Source of the DNA: Salisapilia sapeloensis CBS 127946
Taxonomy: Eukaryota; Protista; Oomycota
NCBI GenBank assembly: GCA_023334545.1
Contig: JAADVB010000151.1
Span: 1-47,037, forward strand
Reading direction: 5' to 3'
DNA: 47,037 nt
Made by a program: the position numbers and the translations under genes. Every line of letters starts with the position of its first letter. The first letter of the stretch is position 1. Positions 20,401-30,500 of the stretch are shown one piece after another. The notes under the pieces are model-generated. The model saw nothing but the letters and a program-made list of their open reading frames with translations. It did not search any database and had not been told where the DNA came from.

Positions 20401-23400
20401 CAACCAGGACGTCGATTTATGTCATTCCAACCGCTACTGGATCGTCTGCTCTGTTCTCATGGTACTCGCAGCCTTTAATCCATCCACTGTAGGTGATTAC
20501 TTGTGGCAGCATGTACCCATGCTGCGCTGTCTGATGCAGATGGCGATTACAGGAAAGTACTCTTTCATCCCGGTCGAGTCGGAGAATGAACGGCTGTTAG
20601 GTAAACACCGGGGGAATGTCGAAGGACTCAAGCAAGGAAACCAACAGCTTAGTGAGTATGAACGTCAGTTGCTTCTTCAGGTAGGACAGAATCCGCCGTT
20701 CAGTGAAGACCCGCCGATGGTGTTTGAGCCGGAAGGTATGGCACGTGAACCTCCTCAACCAGTGTTAGACCACTTGTATACGTTAGACAAGAAGTTCCAC
20801 ATTGGCACTCGTCTCCGTCAATCTCGATCGAATGACTTTTTGATGGAAATGGTAACTGGAAGCGAGTCGTTAGATGCAACGTCTGGTGCAGCGACAGATT
20901 CATCTTGGATCGTCGATATTGTGTGCGAAGACATGGAAACCGTCGAGTACCTTCCATCCGGATGTCTGTGTAAGCTACTTTTGCTAGCAGAACAAGGCAC
21001 GAGTGCTTTAAACGATCAAAGCACTGCCGAGTGGACGCAAAAGAATGAAAAGATGCTGCGTCAACTTGTACCAAAGCTACTTTCGAAGTTGAAAGAGTAC
21101 ATTTTCGAACCAAAAGTGAAGAGTGGTCCGTCTTGCTCGGAGATTATTGGCTACTACCTCGACTGCCTCATGTCCGACAAGCAATCTACTCGTCGCGCAG
21201 CTTCTCGTGTCTTATACCTCCTCACATGCAGCAACGATAGTCCTTCTGTAGCATTAGATGATGATATTAATTTCCAGTGGTTAAACCAGATCGCCAAGAT
21301 GGACTGGTACGCTGATATGCGCAGTCGAATCTTTTCTTCACTTGAAAAGCTGCTAGAGATGGAGTCATCTCTTGCCTCTCTACGTCTCGGTGTCCAAGCA
21401 TTATACGACTTTTGGGAAGAATCGAGCGGTGCGGAAGGATTGAAAAATAAGACGGAAGATGCTGGTTTGAATGATATCGACCAGAGTATACTACTTGCGA
21501 CAACGTTTGGGAAGCTCTTGGTCAATCGAGAATTTGTTTCGGATCTGCTACTGCAAGATGAGCATATCTATGGCATTGCCCTCAAGGTCCTGTGGCGAGC
21601 GATTAGTGCACAGTTGCGTGGGAAGCCTAGCGTCAAAGCGAACTTTGCGGCAAATCTATCGGAATGCAAGATCTTCTACGTCGTCGACTCTTCCCACAAC
21701 GTGCGTGAGATTAAACTACCAGTGTGCGTTACCATCGGTACACTGCATCTATTGTGCTCTCCTCATGCACATGGAGAAGGTAGAAATCAGGAGTTATCGT
21801 CAAGCTTCCGCAGTATCGTCCGCTGCTTATTCCCAAAGAAGGAGGCTAGTAAAGGTATGATGGCAAGTACAGGACTGCTTGCTTCGAAAGATCCAAAGCT
21901 GTATCCTTCTGAAGTTATGAGTAAGCTTGCGTTCATGTCCAAGGATGCACATGTGAGTGCATCTGCAGTTCAAGCATTGCCACTTCGAGAAAAGTGGACG
22001 CTACTGACTAAATCTGGTCTTTCTGCACATGTCGTTGATGTGATTGTAAAGTGTTTAATGACTTCGATCCAATCGAATGAAAAGAAAGTGGAAGACGAGA
22101 TGCAAACGTCAGTGGGAGTCGAATCGACACAAGTAGCAGCTTCTTCCATTCATGTGTTTTTGGAAGCTATGAAGCAGTCTTTAAAGAACCAGTCCTCGAC
22201 CAAAACTGCACTGGACGGACTTTTGGATTGGGTTAAAAAGCGTACACTTGCGTCTGATAAGCATACTGTAAGTGAAGTAGATGACTTGATGTCGTTTAGT
22301 AGTTTCCAAGACCGACAGCATTCACTTTCAACCTCCGACGACGAGCAAGTGGCATGTGTATCTGGCTTATTCACAACTTGGAAAGACAAGTCGGAGGATG
22401 TAAATATGACTCCTGCAAGTAGTAGTAGCCCAAAGTCAGTGACGACGGCAGACATGTTCAAGACAGAGTACTTTGGCAAGAAAGATTGTCCACAGGTCTT
22501 CAATGAGGCGGTTGGAAAAGTTAAGACAGAAGATACGAACGAGTACTCGTATGCATCGATAGAGGGGATGATAAAAACTTGTGTGAGCTCAGACGCGTCG
22601 GTAATGGAGACGTGGCGAATGCACACGTCTATCTTGCATGCTCTTCATCTCTATTGCCATTCTCCTGCTGCAAGTGAGAGACTAGCGTCAGTCCTCATGG
22701 ATGTTGTTGGGCACATCATCACTTGTAAGAACGCGCATCATCAACGTCAGTGCTTGACTTTCCTTCGTCAGGCGTTCTCAAGCAGTCTCCACTCGCTGTC
22801 AGCAGTCGCGATGCATAGCTTCATGCAGCGCATAGCTCACTCTTCTGTTCTTGGCAACGGTCTTCAAACGTGCAACGTAAATTCCTTTGACAGTATCCTT
22901 CGAACACTTGAGCTAGTTGTCACTTGCTTGAACGAGGGTGGAAGGAAATGGATGGAATGTGGACACTTTTTCCGAATGGACATGGCTTGCATTCATGGAT
23001 GGACGAGTCTGATTAAAAACGTATCAATCCTTCGTAAACACTTGTCTCGCGATGCTACCGATTTATCGACACTTTTGCAGCCTCTGTTCGATCTAACGCG
23101 AGCACAGGAAGACGACGATCAGTTCATACTGCTCATGGATGCTGTACTAGCAGCCAATGCGCATGTAAAGAGTGTGCCTCGTTTTAATGAGCTAAATGTC
23201 GATATACAAGAAGACATGGTGACGATCGTGTACTCGAAGGACCCGCTTCTGACTTCCGAGGTCCTGAGTGAGCTACAACCAGGATGGGAAGCTCTTGTCA
23301 ACTTCCATACCTTGGCGAGTAGCTCCTCTACTACTGAATTGAAGAACTTGGAGCAGTTCCTTCAGCATGTTGACAAGACACTTGAGAACTTGGATACTGG

Positions 23401-24460
23401 TAGTCTAGACGCAGTTGATCGCTTTCGAGAACTTGTCATTGCTGCTCCGTTAGTCATGACACTGTGGCTGCCTCGACGTCTGCAGAGAATAGCAGGCAAA
23501 GCGTCACTTGCGCAGTTGTATAGCAACCTGTCATTCTATCAAAGTGTGTTGACGACGTTGGAAGTCGCTCGTCCGCTTCTAAAGCGACGACCAGATGTGC
23601 TCGTCGAACCTGTTTGTAACTTTTTAGTTGAGCTCTTGGAAGTGATTGTTGGACAGCCGACGGCAGAGTTCTACAGCTTAGTCTCACGAACGTGGTCGTT
23701 GCTGTTCGATGCACTTGACTCCGACTGCCAACGCACGCTTGGTCTACTAGTCGAGGCATCTAACTACACTATCATTGAGAATGTGATGTCAGCGTACTCG
23801 ACACATGCCGATACCAAGGCCTTTGGCGAGTTGCTTTCTCTTCGTCATGATGGTTTGAGATTACGGCAAGCTCTATCGACGACTGCTGCCACGTCACGCA
23901 CTTCTCAGTGTTTATCCGTGGAAGAGCAGCGAGAGCTTGATGCTTTCGTTTCTCGCGCACAAGCAGCTGTGACGGAACTCGCGCCAGCTCCTTTCTCACT
24001 CTTGCAAGCTCAAGTGAATGAAGCAGACGTGCAGCAGAATGTAAAGCGGATTCAGTCTGCGTGTGACAAGGCAGACGTCGGACTCTCCCCTTCCCCGAGA
24101 GATTTATCGAAGTGGTCGATTGCGCTGTCCAATCTCTTGTATGCTACAGACCTACCAAAGTCGGTTATGACTGGTGTCTGTCAGACACTGCTGACGGTCA
24201 TGAAGACGGATACGTCGACTGTGATGCATTCGATGGAGAGTATTGTCGAGTGTCTAGAGGTGTTACGATCTGGACCGAAGGATGCTGTGCTCAGCCACAT
24301 TGTCGAGTTCCTGAGCTTTGCGAATGCACGGCAGCGACGACGATTGATCGGCTATCTGTTTCAAGATCAAGGCGACTTGGCGAGATCGAAGCTGTCTGCT
24401 TATGTCAAGACGCCAGCGTTTAAAGCTAGTTACCTACTAATGGGACCAAGTGCAGTATAG
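17477..24460 (+). CDS. INTS1: Integrator complex subunit 1 (intronless, 2327 aa)
   Basis: WPVDTVKVFLDDSVTGRTWVDH..SQVFVQNV, HMETWLQNP..K.PAKDLL, YW....LMVLAAFNPSTVG...W...PMLRCLMQM, RLRQSRS.DFLMEM and WIVDIV......YLPSGCLCKLLL match conserved INTS1 blocks. Confidence 0.88.
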   Translation: MKRRSTREATRRVLRRKNVVDDDSEEEEDEVEQEEEEEEDPTPVTTRSQRARRRVDDDDDDESNEEEEEKEGKEEEDDDEEEEEEEEEEESEEDAEEDEEEDDDEEEDEDADEEEETKERPRPTRGRATPLRSASTKTRAAKTRASQANKDTGKVPKTRKEIVDDDDDSDNSEVSMKEESPKPKTPFNRPMPNKVVKKEDTSSKDEDDSGSTSGQKRKLSDASSSAVNTPNASPARRMMKKSRPNSPATPIEDISSSEVPFQDIRETLRTPKSEEDLLSAITDLCDKVIKTGRSPSRLFTVGFLQVVKEDVERFRQASVQKYLLRMLRSKHYAGVKDTSSVSDFASKNPRSSPASSQSYAEIPLPVLIANVLVQVLKGQDEWPVDTVKVFLDDSVTGRTWVDHELSQVFVQNVKTLLKTPTAASGDSLIRQRYHGEKTMTELYGICTQHIKFRLGELDKERSSHSSSSLGSGGSNAARNLILTLLDFVSLPEARVGGAEHMETWLQNPSVKGPAKDLLSQIVNHCTTTETLDMKTVDLLLKLKLKSTMFQLKVETISRLVLQNRAYLKLGLSVYVSRQRPNNIGKDVDNMKMLQHIFRAARSHASSSSVVGRSDDSFYTVPMVHQGAVASTELAHVFRELAATSEFAPVLRSVAKKILTQLTFEQVDIKALCTSLLDNEPHWETLTKVADSRLADHMGLVASIAWLVLFMRGTAVKSLQIQQSSGSGRSGGNNSSIGPAVKLGATQSLSRRGPQSGSLSRMPKLGSRDPKAKVASGKHGGSTPPGSTSSTNEGTAGTPGSSNADNKHTVKVHERAKEELLQALAHAQRSAVVCCLDLFQRFSLTGASPFEKMLYEVIVKRLLFLDIPSDVHPTEHDRTCFQSTKEDIPLHEDTFGMLTTLYATCSAVDRTEALRTLETVVCRAADGQLRRESQWKNRESDLAVYRQNGGVVGVQVKDVSFLENLFALVKISREQINQDVDLCHSNRYWIVCSVLMVLAAFNPSTVGDYLWQHVPMLRCLMQMAITGKYSFIPVESENERLLGKHRGNVEGLKQGNQQLSEYERQLLLQVGQNPPFSEDPPMVFEPEGMAREPPQPVLDHLYTLDKKFHIGTRLRQSRSNDFLMEMVTGSESLDATSGAATDSSWIVDIVCEDMETVEYLPSGCLCKLLLLAEQGTSALNDQSTAEWTQKNEKMLRQLVPKLLSKLKEYIFEPKVKSGPSCSEIIGYYLDCLMSDKQSTRRAASRVLYLLTCSNDSPSVALDDDINFQWLNQIAKMDWYADMRSRIFSSLEKLLEMESSLASLRLGVQALYDFWEESSGAEGLKNKTEDAGLNDIDQSILLATTFGKLLVNREFVSDLLLQDEHIYGIALKVLWRAISAQLRGKPSVKANFAANLSECKIFYVVDSSHNVREIKLPVCVTIGTLHLLCSPHAHGEGRNQELSSSFRSIVRCLFPKKEASKGMMASTGLLASKDPKLYPSEVMSKLAFMSKDAHVSASAVQALPLREKWTLLTKSGLSAHVVDVIVKCLMTSIQSNEKKVEDEMQTSVGVESTQVAASSIHVFLEAMKQSLKNQSSTKTALDGLLDWVKKRTLASDKHTVSEVDDLMSFSSFQDRQHSLSTSDDEQVACVSGLFTTWKDKSEDVNMTPASSSSPKSVTTADMFKTEYFGKKDCPQVFNEAVGKVKTEDTNEYSYASIEGMIKTCVSSDASVMETWRMHTSILHALHLYCHSPAASERLASVLMDVVGHIITCKNAHHQRQCLTFLRQAFSSSLHSLSAVAMHSFMQRIAHSSVLGNGLQTCNVNSFDSILRTLELVVTCLNEGGRKWMECGHFFRMDMACIHGWTSLIKNVSILRKHLSRDATDLSTLLQPLFDLTRAQEDDDQFILLMDAVLAANAHVKSVPRFNELNVDIQEDMVTIVYSKDPLLTSEVLSELQPGWEALVNFHTLASSSSTTELKNLEQFLQHVDKTLENLDTGSLDAVDRFRELVIAAPLVMTLWLPRRLQRIAGKASLAQLYSNLSFYQSVLTTLEVARPLLKRRPDVLVEPVCNFLVELLEVIVGQPTAEFYSLVSRTWSLLFDALDSDCQRTLGLLVEASNYTIIENVMSAYSTHADTKAFGELLSLRHDGLRLRQALSTTAATSRTSQCLSVEEQRELDAFVSRAQAAVTELAPAPFSLLQAQVNEADVQQNVKRIQSACDKADVGLSPSPRDLSKWSIALSNLLYATDLPKSVMTGVCQTLLTVMKTDTSTVMHSMESIVECLEVLRSGPKDAVLSHIVEFLSFANARQRRRLIGYLFQDQGDLARSKLSAYVKTPAFKASYLLMGPSAV
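17530..17830 (+). repeat. Coding GAA/GAG/GAT triplet-rich tract (poly-Glu/Asp) at the INTS1 N-terminus
   Basis: Runs such as gaagaggaagaggaggaagaggaagaggaggaa encode about 100 residues dominated by E/D. Confidence 0.9.
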
Positions 24461-24502
24461 TCGCAATAAACTTTTTCTCTAATGGAACTGGATTTATCGC
24501 TT

Positions 24503-25533
24503 TTAAAAGTCTTTCTTGGAGTCTTGAGCAAGCAACTCGGGGCGAAGGGAAGTCAGCACAATAAAGATGATCGATGAGATACATTGTCCTAAAGTGCTTC
24601 CGTAGACGCAAGTGAGCGGCCATTGCTATGATGAGAGATGAGTACGACGTTCTAGTTCAACTGCACTTGCTTTATATATGTAGGACTTAAGAAAAGCACG
24701 TTACCTGCCACGGCTCATCCCAATCTAGTGGTATCGGCAATGCTCCAAAGTACCCGCCAAGGATAGATCCGATGAATGATGTTGCGATGAATAAGTCTGT
24801 TTTATTCCGGAATCTATAGAAAGATGATTAGACATGGGGTGCCGTGTACTGCTTTCAGAAACTAGCTCACTTCAAGTTCAGGACGACGTCGATCCAATGT
24901 GCATGCTGTAGACCGAGAATGCTTGTCAATGGCAAGAACGATTTAGCTGAAATGAAGATAGAGAGAAGTGCCGTGCGATTGATCAACCTGGTACATGAAT
25001 ATTGGTAAGATTTGAATGAAGTGGCAGTAAAGATAGAAGAGAGTACTCGAACACTGGTGCTCCGAACAATATGATTGTGACATAAAGCACACAGCTGCCG
25101 ATGAAGAGACCAATTAAGGCGTTTAAAAATGTAGAGAACTGCATTTGTGGGAGGCGTGGCAGAGCAATGTTAGCGTTCGTCTGTCATTGTATGATCACTA
25201 GCTAAAGTCACGCACCAGAGGTTGACGGCGTTCCTTCGCAATCCACACAGATACCACAGTGTAGAACAAAATGTTAAACACAGTGGCACATAGCAAAGCT
25301 GACACCACATTCTCCTCAAGAGAATAACCTAGTCTATGCATTTGATGATGAGATCGACCATTATTACAAGTGTAGATCCACGATGCATCCATTCCAACGC
25401 TGCATACAAACATAGATGGTTGCACAAGCTCTTATATAGGAACTTACATCCGTCGAGGCACATACAAAGCCACTGGAGGCACTATAATTTGTAAAATAGC
25501 TGCATGCAAGAATGCACCGGAGCTCTCGACCAT
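24503..25533 (-). CDS. PIGF: PIG-F/GPI11, GPI ethanolamine-phosphate transferase stabilising subunit (multi-exon, absent as such from the ORF track)
   Basis: Manual minus-strand splicing gives ...VTIILFGAPVFE|LINRTALLSIFIS...LPLTSILG...|...SILGGYFGALPIPLDWDEPWQ|QWPLTCVYGSTLG, which carries the PIG-F PIPLDWDxPWQxWP signature. Stop TAA at 24505-24503. The 5' exons and the start at 25533 are less certain. Confidence 0.88.
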
Positions 25534-25646
25534 TTTAGCGTTTCGTGTCGCGACTTTGTTGTCTCCATCTGGCACACTTCTGGATCGAGTGGTACAGTTC
25601 GACACATTTGACCGACAAAACAGCGAAAAGCTGATACCGCAAGTCG

Positions 25647-26231
25647 ATGGAGTTACCACGCATACTACGCGACAAGGAAGACAATCAGCAAGCTGGACAT
25701 CTCACTAGCAACTGGCCGAGCAGTACACCCTGTCAATCTGTCCGAACGAGACAGCAAATGAACAGCAAGGTACACGATTTGGAGATGGCATATGCAATGC
25801 TTAATGTATTTTAGTCTTACGCAGCTTTCTTAACTAGGTACTTTAAGTGGTTCATTAAGACTGACAAAATTGTGTTTATGTAGCTGACTCAGCCTCCGAC
25901 ATACCACGCAACATACGACACACGACCCTTGTCGAAGCAAAGTATGCTTTAGTTTCTTCCTGATGTGATTTTTATCAGAACATATTAACATTGCGTTTGT
26001 CCCTGTTCGATGCATATAGTCGCTCATAATGCTACCTCCTATTCAAATAATCAGGACTATGAAGAACGCAGCAGCAAGAAGGTTTTCTGCACTTTGCTCA
26101 CACTTGCACTTTGTTTGTTTAACAAACTTTTTGATTCGTAGACTTCACGAGAAGCTAGGTCGAAATGGGAAGAGCCAAATCGCTCTTTAAAGCGACGGAG
26201 ATCATCCGAATTATCCTTTGATCCGATTTAA
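25647..26231 (+). CDS. Tentative small spliced hypothetical protein (about 122 aa)
   Basis: Exons 25647-25805, 25884-25941, 26020-26081 and 26142-26231 join in frame through GT-AG introns of 78, 78 and 60 bp, giving MELPRILRDKEDNQQ...SSELSFDPI*. No homology recognised. Confidence 0.4.
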
Positions 26232-26292
26232 ACTAACTCTATTCGAAGTCTCGAACAAAATTTCGCTTTAATAATTTTACAAAGCGCTACCT

Positions 26293-27150
26293 TCATCCAG
26301 CGTCAAAACTCTCTAGATTATCTGTCCAATTCAGCAAATCGTTGACCGCATCTTCATCCAAAGACGCTTCCAAATCTACTTCCTCCTCTTCATTTTCATC
26401 AGTCACATCCTGTCTTTCCATATCACTAGCACCAACACCGTCTGTGCATCCTTCCGCAATACTCAGATTGTACAGTGGAGGTAAGATAGTCGCTTCCTGT
26501 TGCTCGACAAGCACATGTCCATTCTCAGGTGGCACATTTATGCCATTATAGTTGATTCTCGGCAATTTGGTCGTACTTCCAATATCACTACTCTCAACTG
26601 TAGTAATCTCCTCGTTGGAAGTAGAAGAGTCGGATGGTGGTTGTTTCAACCAATTCGCAAATTTCTTCTTACGCTTCTCCATTTCTTTGGCGAAACTTGG
26701 TTTGTCCTTCGATTTGCTTTTCGTTTTACGCTTTGGCTTTTTATAGTTCACATAAGAGTTCCTTTGACTTGCTGACCCTGCGTGGTCGTGATTGTCGGGT
26801 ATCTCGTGTGATTCTTGATTACTGCTTGTCTGCTTATGACTGTGACCTTCTTCATCTCGATGAGATGAACGAGAGCATATGGGCGGTCGTGGCTTTGGAC
26901 GCTTCTTGTGTACTTTGTTTGGATCCAGAGCAGGTAGTGTAAGTGGCAACTGCTCCATGAGCTCACGAAGTCTATGCTCATGTATTAGAAGTCATCATCT
27001 AGCGAGTACGCTCACTCCATTCTCATACCTTGGATCTCCAGATTCCACCAACTTCTCGTGCAGCTGAAGTTGCCACTGCTCTTGCAACTTTTGCACAGCA
27101 TCATCTTGTAGCTTTGCTAAGCGGTATTCTTGCCATGGTCCGATGTACAT
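26293..27150 (-). CDS. Hypothetical protein (about 266 aa), MYIGPWQEY N-terminus and LLNW C-terminal motif
   Basis: Exon 1 (27150-27029) and exon 2 (26971-26293) join in frame through a 57-bp GT-AG intron. The middle is charged and low-complexity; the C-terminus is VNDLLNWTDNL. Confidence 0.75.
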
Positions 27151-27252
27151 GTTCCTCCAAGACTTGATGTGTCTGTCTAAGATCGAATGTCTATTATCGG
27201 CTGGGATCAACGTCTATCTGAGACGAAGCGAGTGGCACAAGCCGATAGATCA

Positions 27253-27495
27253 ATGACCAAGGGCAGACGTCTCTCGTCCATACTGCCAGTGGTGGTGTTC
27301 TCCACGCTCAGTGTTGGAGCTATCTCGGCTGTCTATTATGCTCATTATCAGCAAAAGGAAGAGAAGAAATTCATGCGCAGTGGCGTCATTCGGGACATTC
27401 GTCGAGCTCGACTTCGACGTCATTTGAGCAAGGAAGCAGAGCAAGGTCAAGGACACCCGGAAGGACAAGAACAAGGAGGACATGCACCACAGTAA
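27253..27495 (+). CDS. PET117: Cytochrome c oxidase assembly factor PET117
   Basis: 80 aa with one hydrophobic segment followed by AHYQQKEEKKFMRSGVIRDIRR, matching the PET117 H..Q..E...M..GV.RD pattern. Confidence 0.8.
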   Translation: MTKGRRLSSILPVVVFSTLSVGAISAVYYAHYQQKEEKKFMRSGVIRDIRRARLRRHLSKEAEQGQGHPEGQEQGGHAPQ

Positions 27496-27586
27496 ATGCT
27501 AGTGACTTTTCGAATAAGATGACATTCGTTCATTGTAGAGTGGAGAGATAGACAAAGTCATGCACATTGATACGTTTATTCATTGT

Positions 27587-30500
27587 TCAGTCTCTAGATG
27601 AACATGTACGATCCTCTCGCGAACAAGTCTTTGACAAGTCTTCCAACATGCATTTACATCTTTCATAGCCAAGATACCCGTACATCACAAGCATCCTCTT
27701 TGACCAATTTTGGAAAGCATTTGCTGCTCCTGGAAGTGAGGAAGGTAGTCGATCAGCTTCCATAGGTGTAGAGTCAGTACCATCATTTAATGAGACTAAC
27801 AAAAGAACTTGGAAGAGGGGTTCCAGGATATGAAAAGTGATCTCGTCATCCAACCTCATCTGCTTGCCATCATTCTGAATCCTTTCCATCGAAATGATGA
27901 CTTTTTCCCATGTCAACTCTTGCGTAGACCGAGTGATGACGTCGATCAAGTCCAGTTCAGAAATGGCTTCTTGTACTACTGATATCTTTCGACTAGTCTG
28001 ACCGTCTACCTCTGTATCCACAAGTGTCCACTCGAGCATCGACTCAAGCAGTTGGAAGCTGTCTCGACAGTCTTTCGGGCGCAGTCGATTGCACAATCGA
28101 TGGAAGAGTCGTCTCTGCATTGCTAACAAAGACACCAGACGGCATGTCATTTCTCCTCTCTTCAAACTAGCATCCATCCAAGTCTGTAGCCATACCAATA
28201 GTAGCTGGAAGGTGTCGTTCTGGAATTCGATGGGAAGGTAGAACTGGAGGATGGCGTCATGAAAAGCCTTTTCCCATGCCTTGCTGTCTTCGGAGCTGGA
28301 TGGAATGTACAAGAATTGCTGAGAATGCCTCAACGCAGCCTTGAGGTACAAGTGGCACGGTAGAAAGACAAGTCGGAATGGGTCGTTCACACCGCTCTGG
28401 TCTACTTGATCCCGATTAAACAGTCTCTGTCCAAATTGATGTACAAGATGATGCTCAAGCTGCATCCCACTGACATCGAAAATAGTAACTCCGTCGGTGT
28501 GTACGTAAACCTTCTTGAGGATGCAGCTGCCTCTATTTAAGCTGTTCGACTCGAGCAGTTTGACGTGACAGCACTGTTGGACAATGCCATTCGCCTCATA
28601 CTCTGCCCCGCCCAAGTCAAGTTGCTGTAGAACAAACGCAGATGCATCACGCAGTTTCGAGCTTGCATCTTGTAATACACTTTTATAAGTAAGTAGTGTC
28701 GCACTAGATAACAAAGCAGCTAGCCAATATGCCTTTGCAAGAGATGCCTTCTCAGCCTTGGACTCAAAACACTTTACTAGTTGCTCTAACAGCCTTCTAG
28801 CATCGTCCTTATCACCTTGCAGACACAGTCGAAAGCAAAGCTCCATCCAATCCACTGCCTCATCAGCCCCGAAGAGATGCACATCCCAATCGAGGTGGAA
28901 GACTGTCGTGAAGGAAGGTGCTTTCAACATTCGCAAAGCGTTCTTCGTCCTAGTAGTCTGACCTATCATGTTTACTGAGTCTGGACCAGACAGGTGCATT
29001 GCCTGTTTAATCTCTTTCTTCACGACTTCATGTAAGATCGACTGCTGAAAGCGAATAGCAAGGTCCATCATCTGAGTAACATCAGTCGCACTCTTGGCCT
29101 GTAGTGTTGACTGAATGATCAGGCGTGTGAAGTCCGCAAGGTCAGGTAGCATGACAGCAGACAAGTATGCACGCAGCGTAAGCTCTAGTGAAAATGTCGA
29201 TGCCACAGCAGTGGTATCATTTGGAAATAAGATCTCTCCATTTTCAGAAAGACCAGTTATAAATCTCTCGACTGTCTTTCGAACGTGATGCGTCACTGGT
29301 GTTTGTAGTGCTTCAATGTTTCCAGTGACTTTGGGGAAGTGGTAAAGCAACTGGCACGCAAGTAGTACTAGCTCCGATCTAGTCTCTTTACCAACAAGCT
29401 GTTCTCCACTCTTTTGACCAATTAGTATGACCCATCTCTCCACATTCGTCTTGACCTGCATCAGAACCGACTCGTCTCCTTCTCTGTATTTGTGTAGCGT
29501 ATACTGCAGTAGAGTATTCGCTCTTCCAGCATGTGCCAGTGCTGCTGATAAATCTGTAAACTCTTCTTGCATTGATGACGTGTCATCTTTGATAGCTGCA
29601 TAAGTCATGTCGTCTGGGCCAGAACGTCTTAAGCTTTCGAGAAAATTGCAAATGTACTCGCTCTTCTCTTTCAAGTGTGTCGGCATTGAGTTTGGCTTTT
29701 GCAAAAGGGAACGTAGCATCACTTGGCTTGACGCATCCACTTGCTGTAACTTTCCTTTCGTATCAAAGTACGATAGGATGTCGGTATATACAAACGTTTG
29801 CTGAAGAAAGTCGATTCCCCATTCACTAGTGCTAGTCTTATCTTGTACAAAGGTGTCCACACAGTAGGCATCCCAAGCTCTACAGAATCGAAGGAAGGAT
29901 GGTAAGAAGGCTAGTTGAGCATTAGCCTCTTTCAGCTCACTATAAGCAGAGGAGAGAATGGAAATAAATGTACTTCGCATCTGCTTTCTGTTTGGTTTCT
30001 TCGAAGGTACTTTTGGAGTGATGTAGTGATTGAAGGCAGGAAACAAGTAGTGCAAGAGTCCCAAGTACCACAAGCCACTTGATTCGGATACTTGATGCTT
30101 ACCAGTGCGTAAGCCATCCGATTCGATGATACTGGCAAGTAGCTGACCTACATCTTGTATCTCCAGCTGCTTTACAATGCTCGTGATGATTCCCTGAAAT
30201 TGCACAAAATCGTCCGACCTTGGGGTTGATAGTGCTTCTCGATCCTGTCGGCAATTGCTGCCATTTGTCACGATGATTTCACTTAGTTGGTACTGTATGA
30301 AGGCTTTTAAAGTGCGGATGAACAAGACTGCAGCGGTATTAGTCCAATTTCCAGATGCTTGTTGCCTCTGTAAGCTAGCAAGAATGCTCAAATACGTTGT
30401 AGGGCTTGGAGGTTGGTCTGTCGATCGTTTTTCGACGAGTTGGATGATAAGCATCCATGTCTCTGGACTTTTATCAGGTCCAAATATCTCAAACAAAATG

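Noticed and set aside
2951-24460. POP1 and INTS1 as an ncRNA-processing cluster
   Set aside because: They are separated by five unrelated genes, and no RNase P/MRP RNA or snRNA was seen nearby.
25830-26027. Minus-strand Cys-rich ORF MSDYMHRTG...CVVCCVVC as a zinc-finger gene
   Set aside because: No consistent splice path or family match was found. The + strand model explains the region better.
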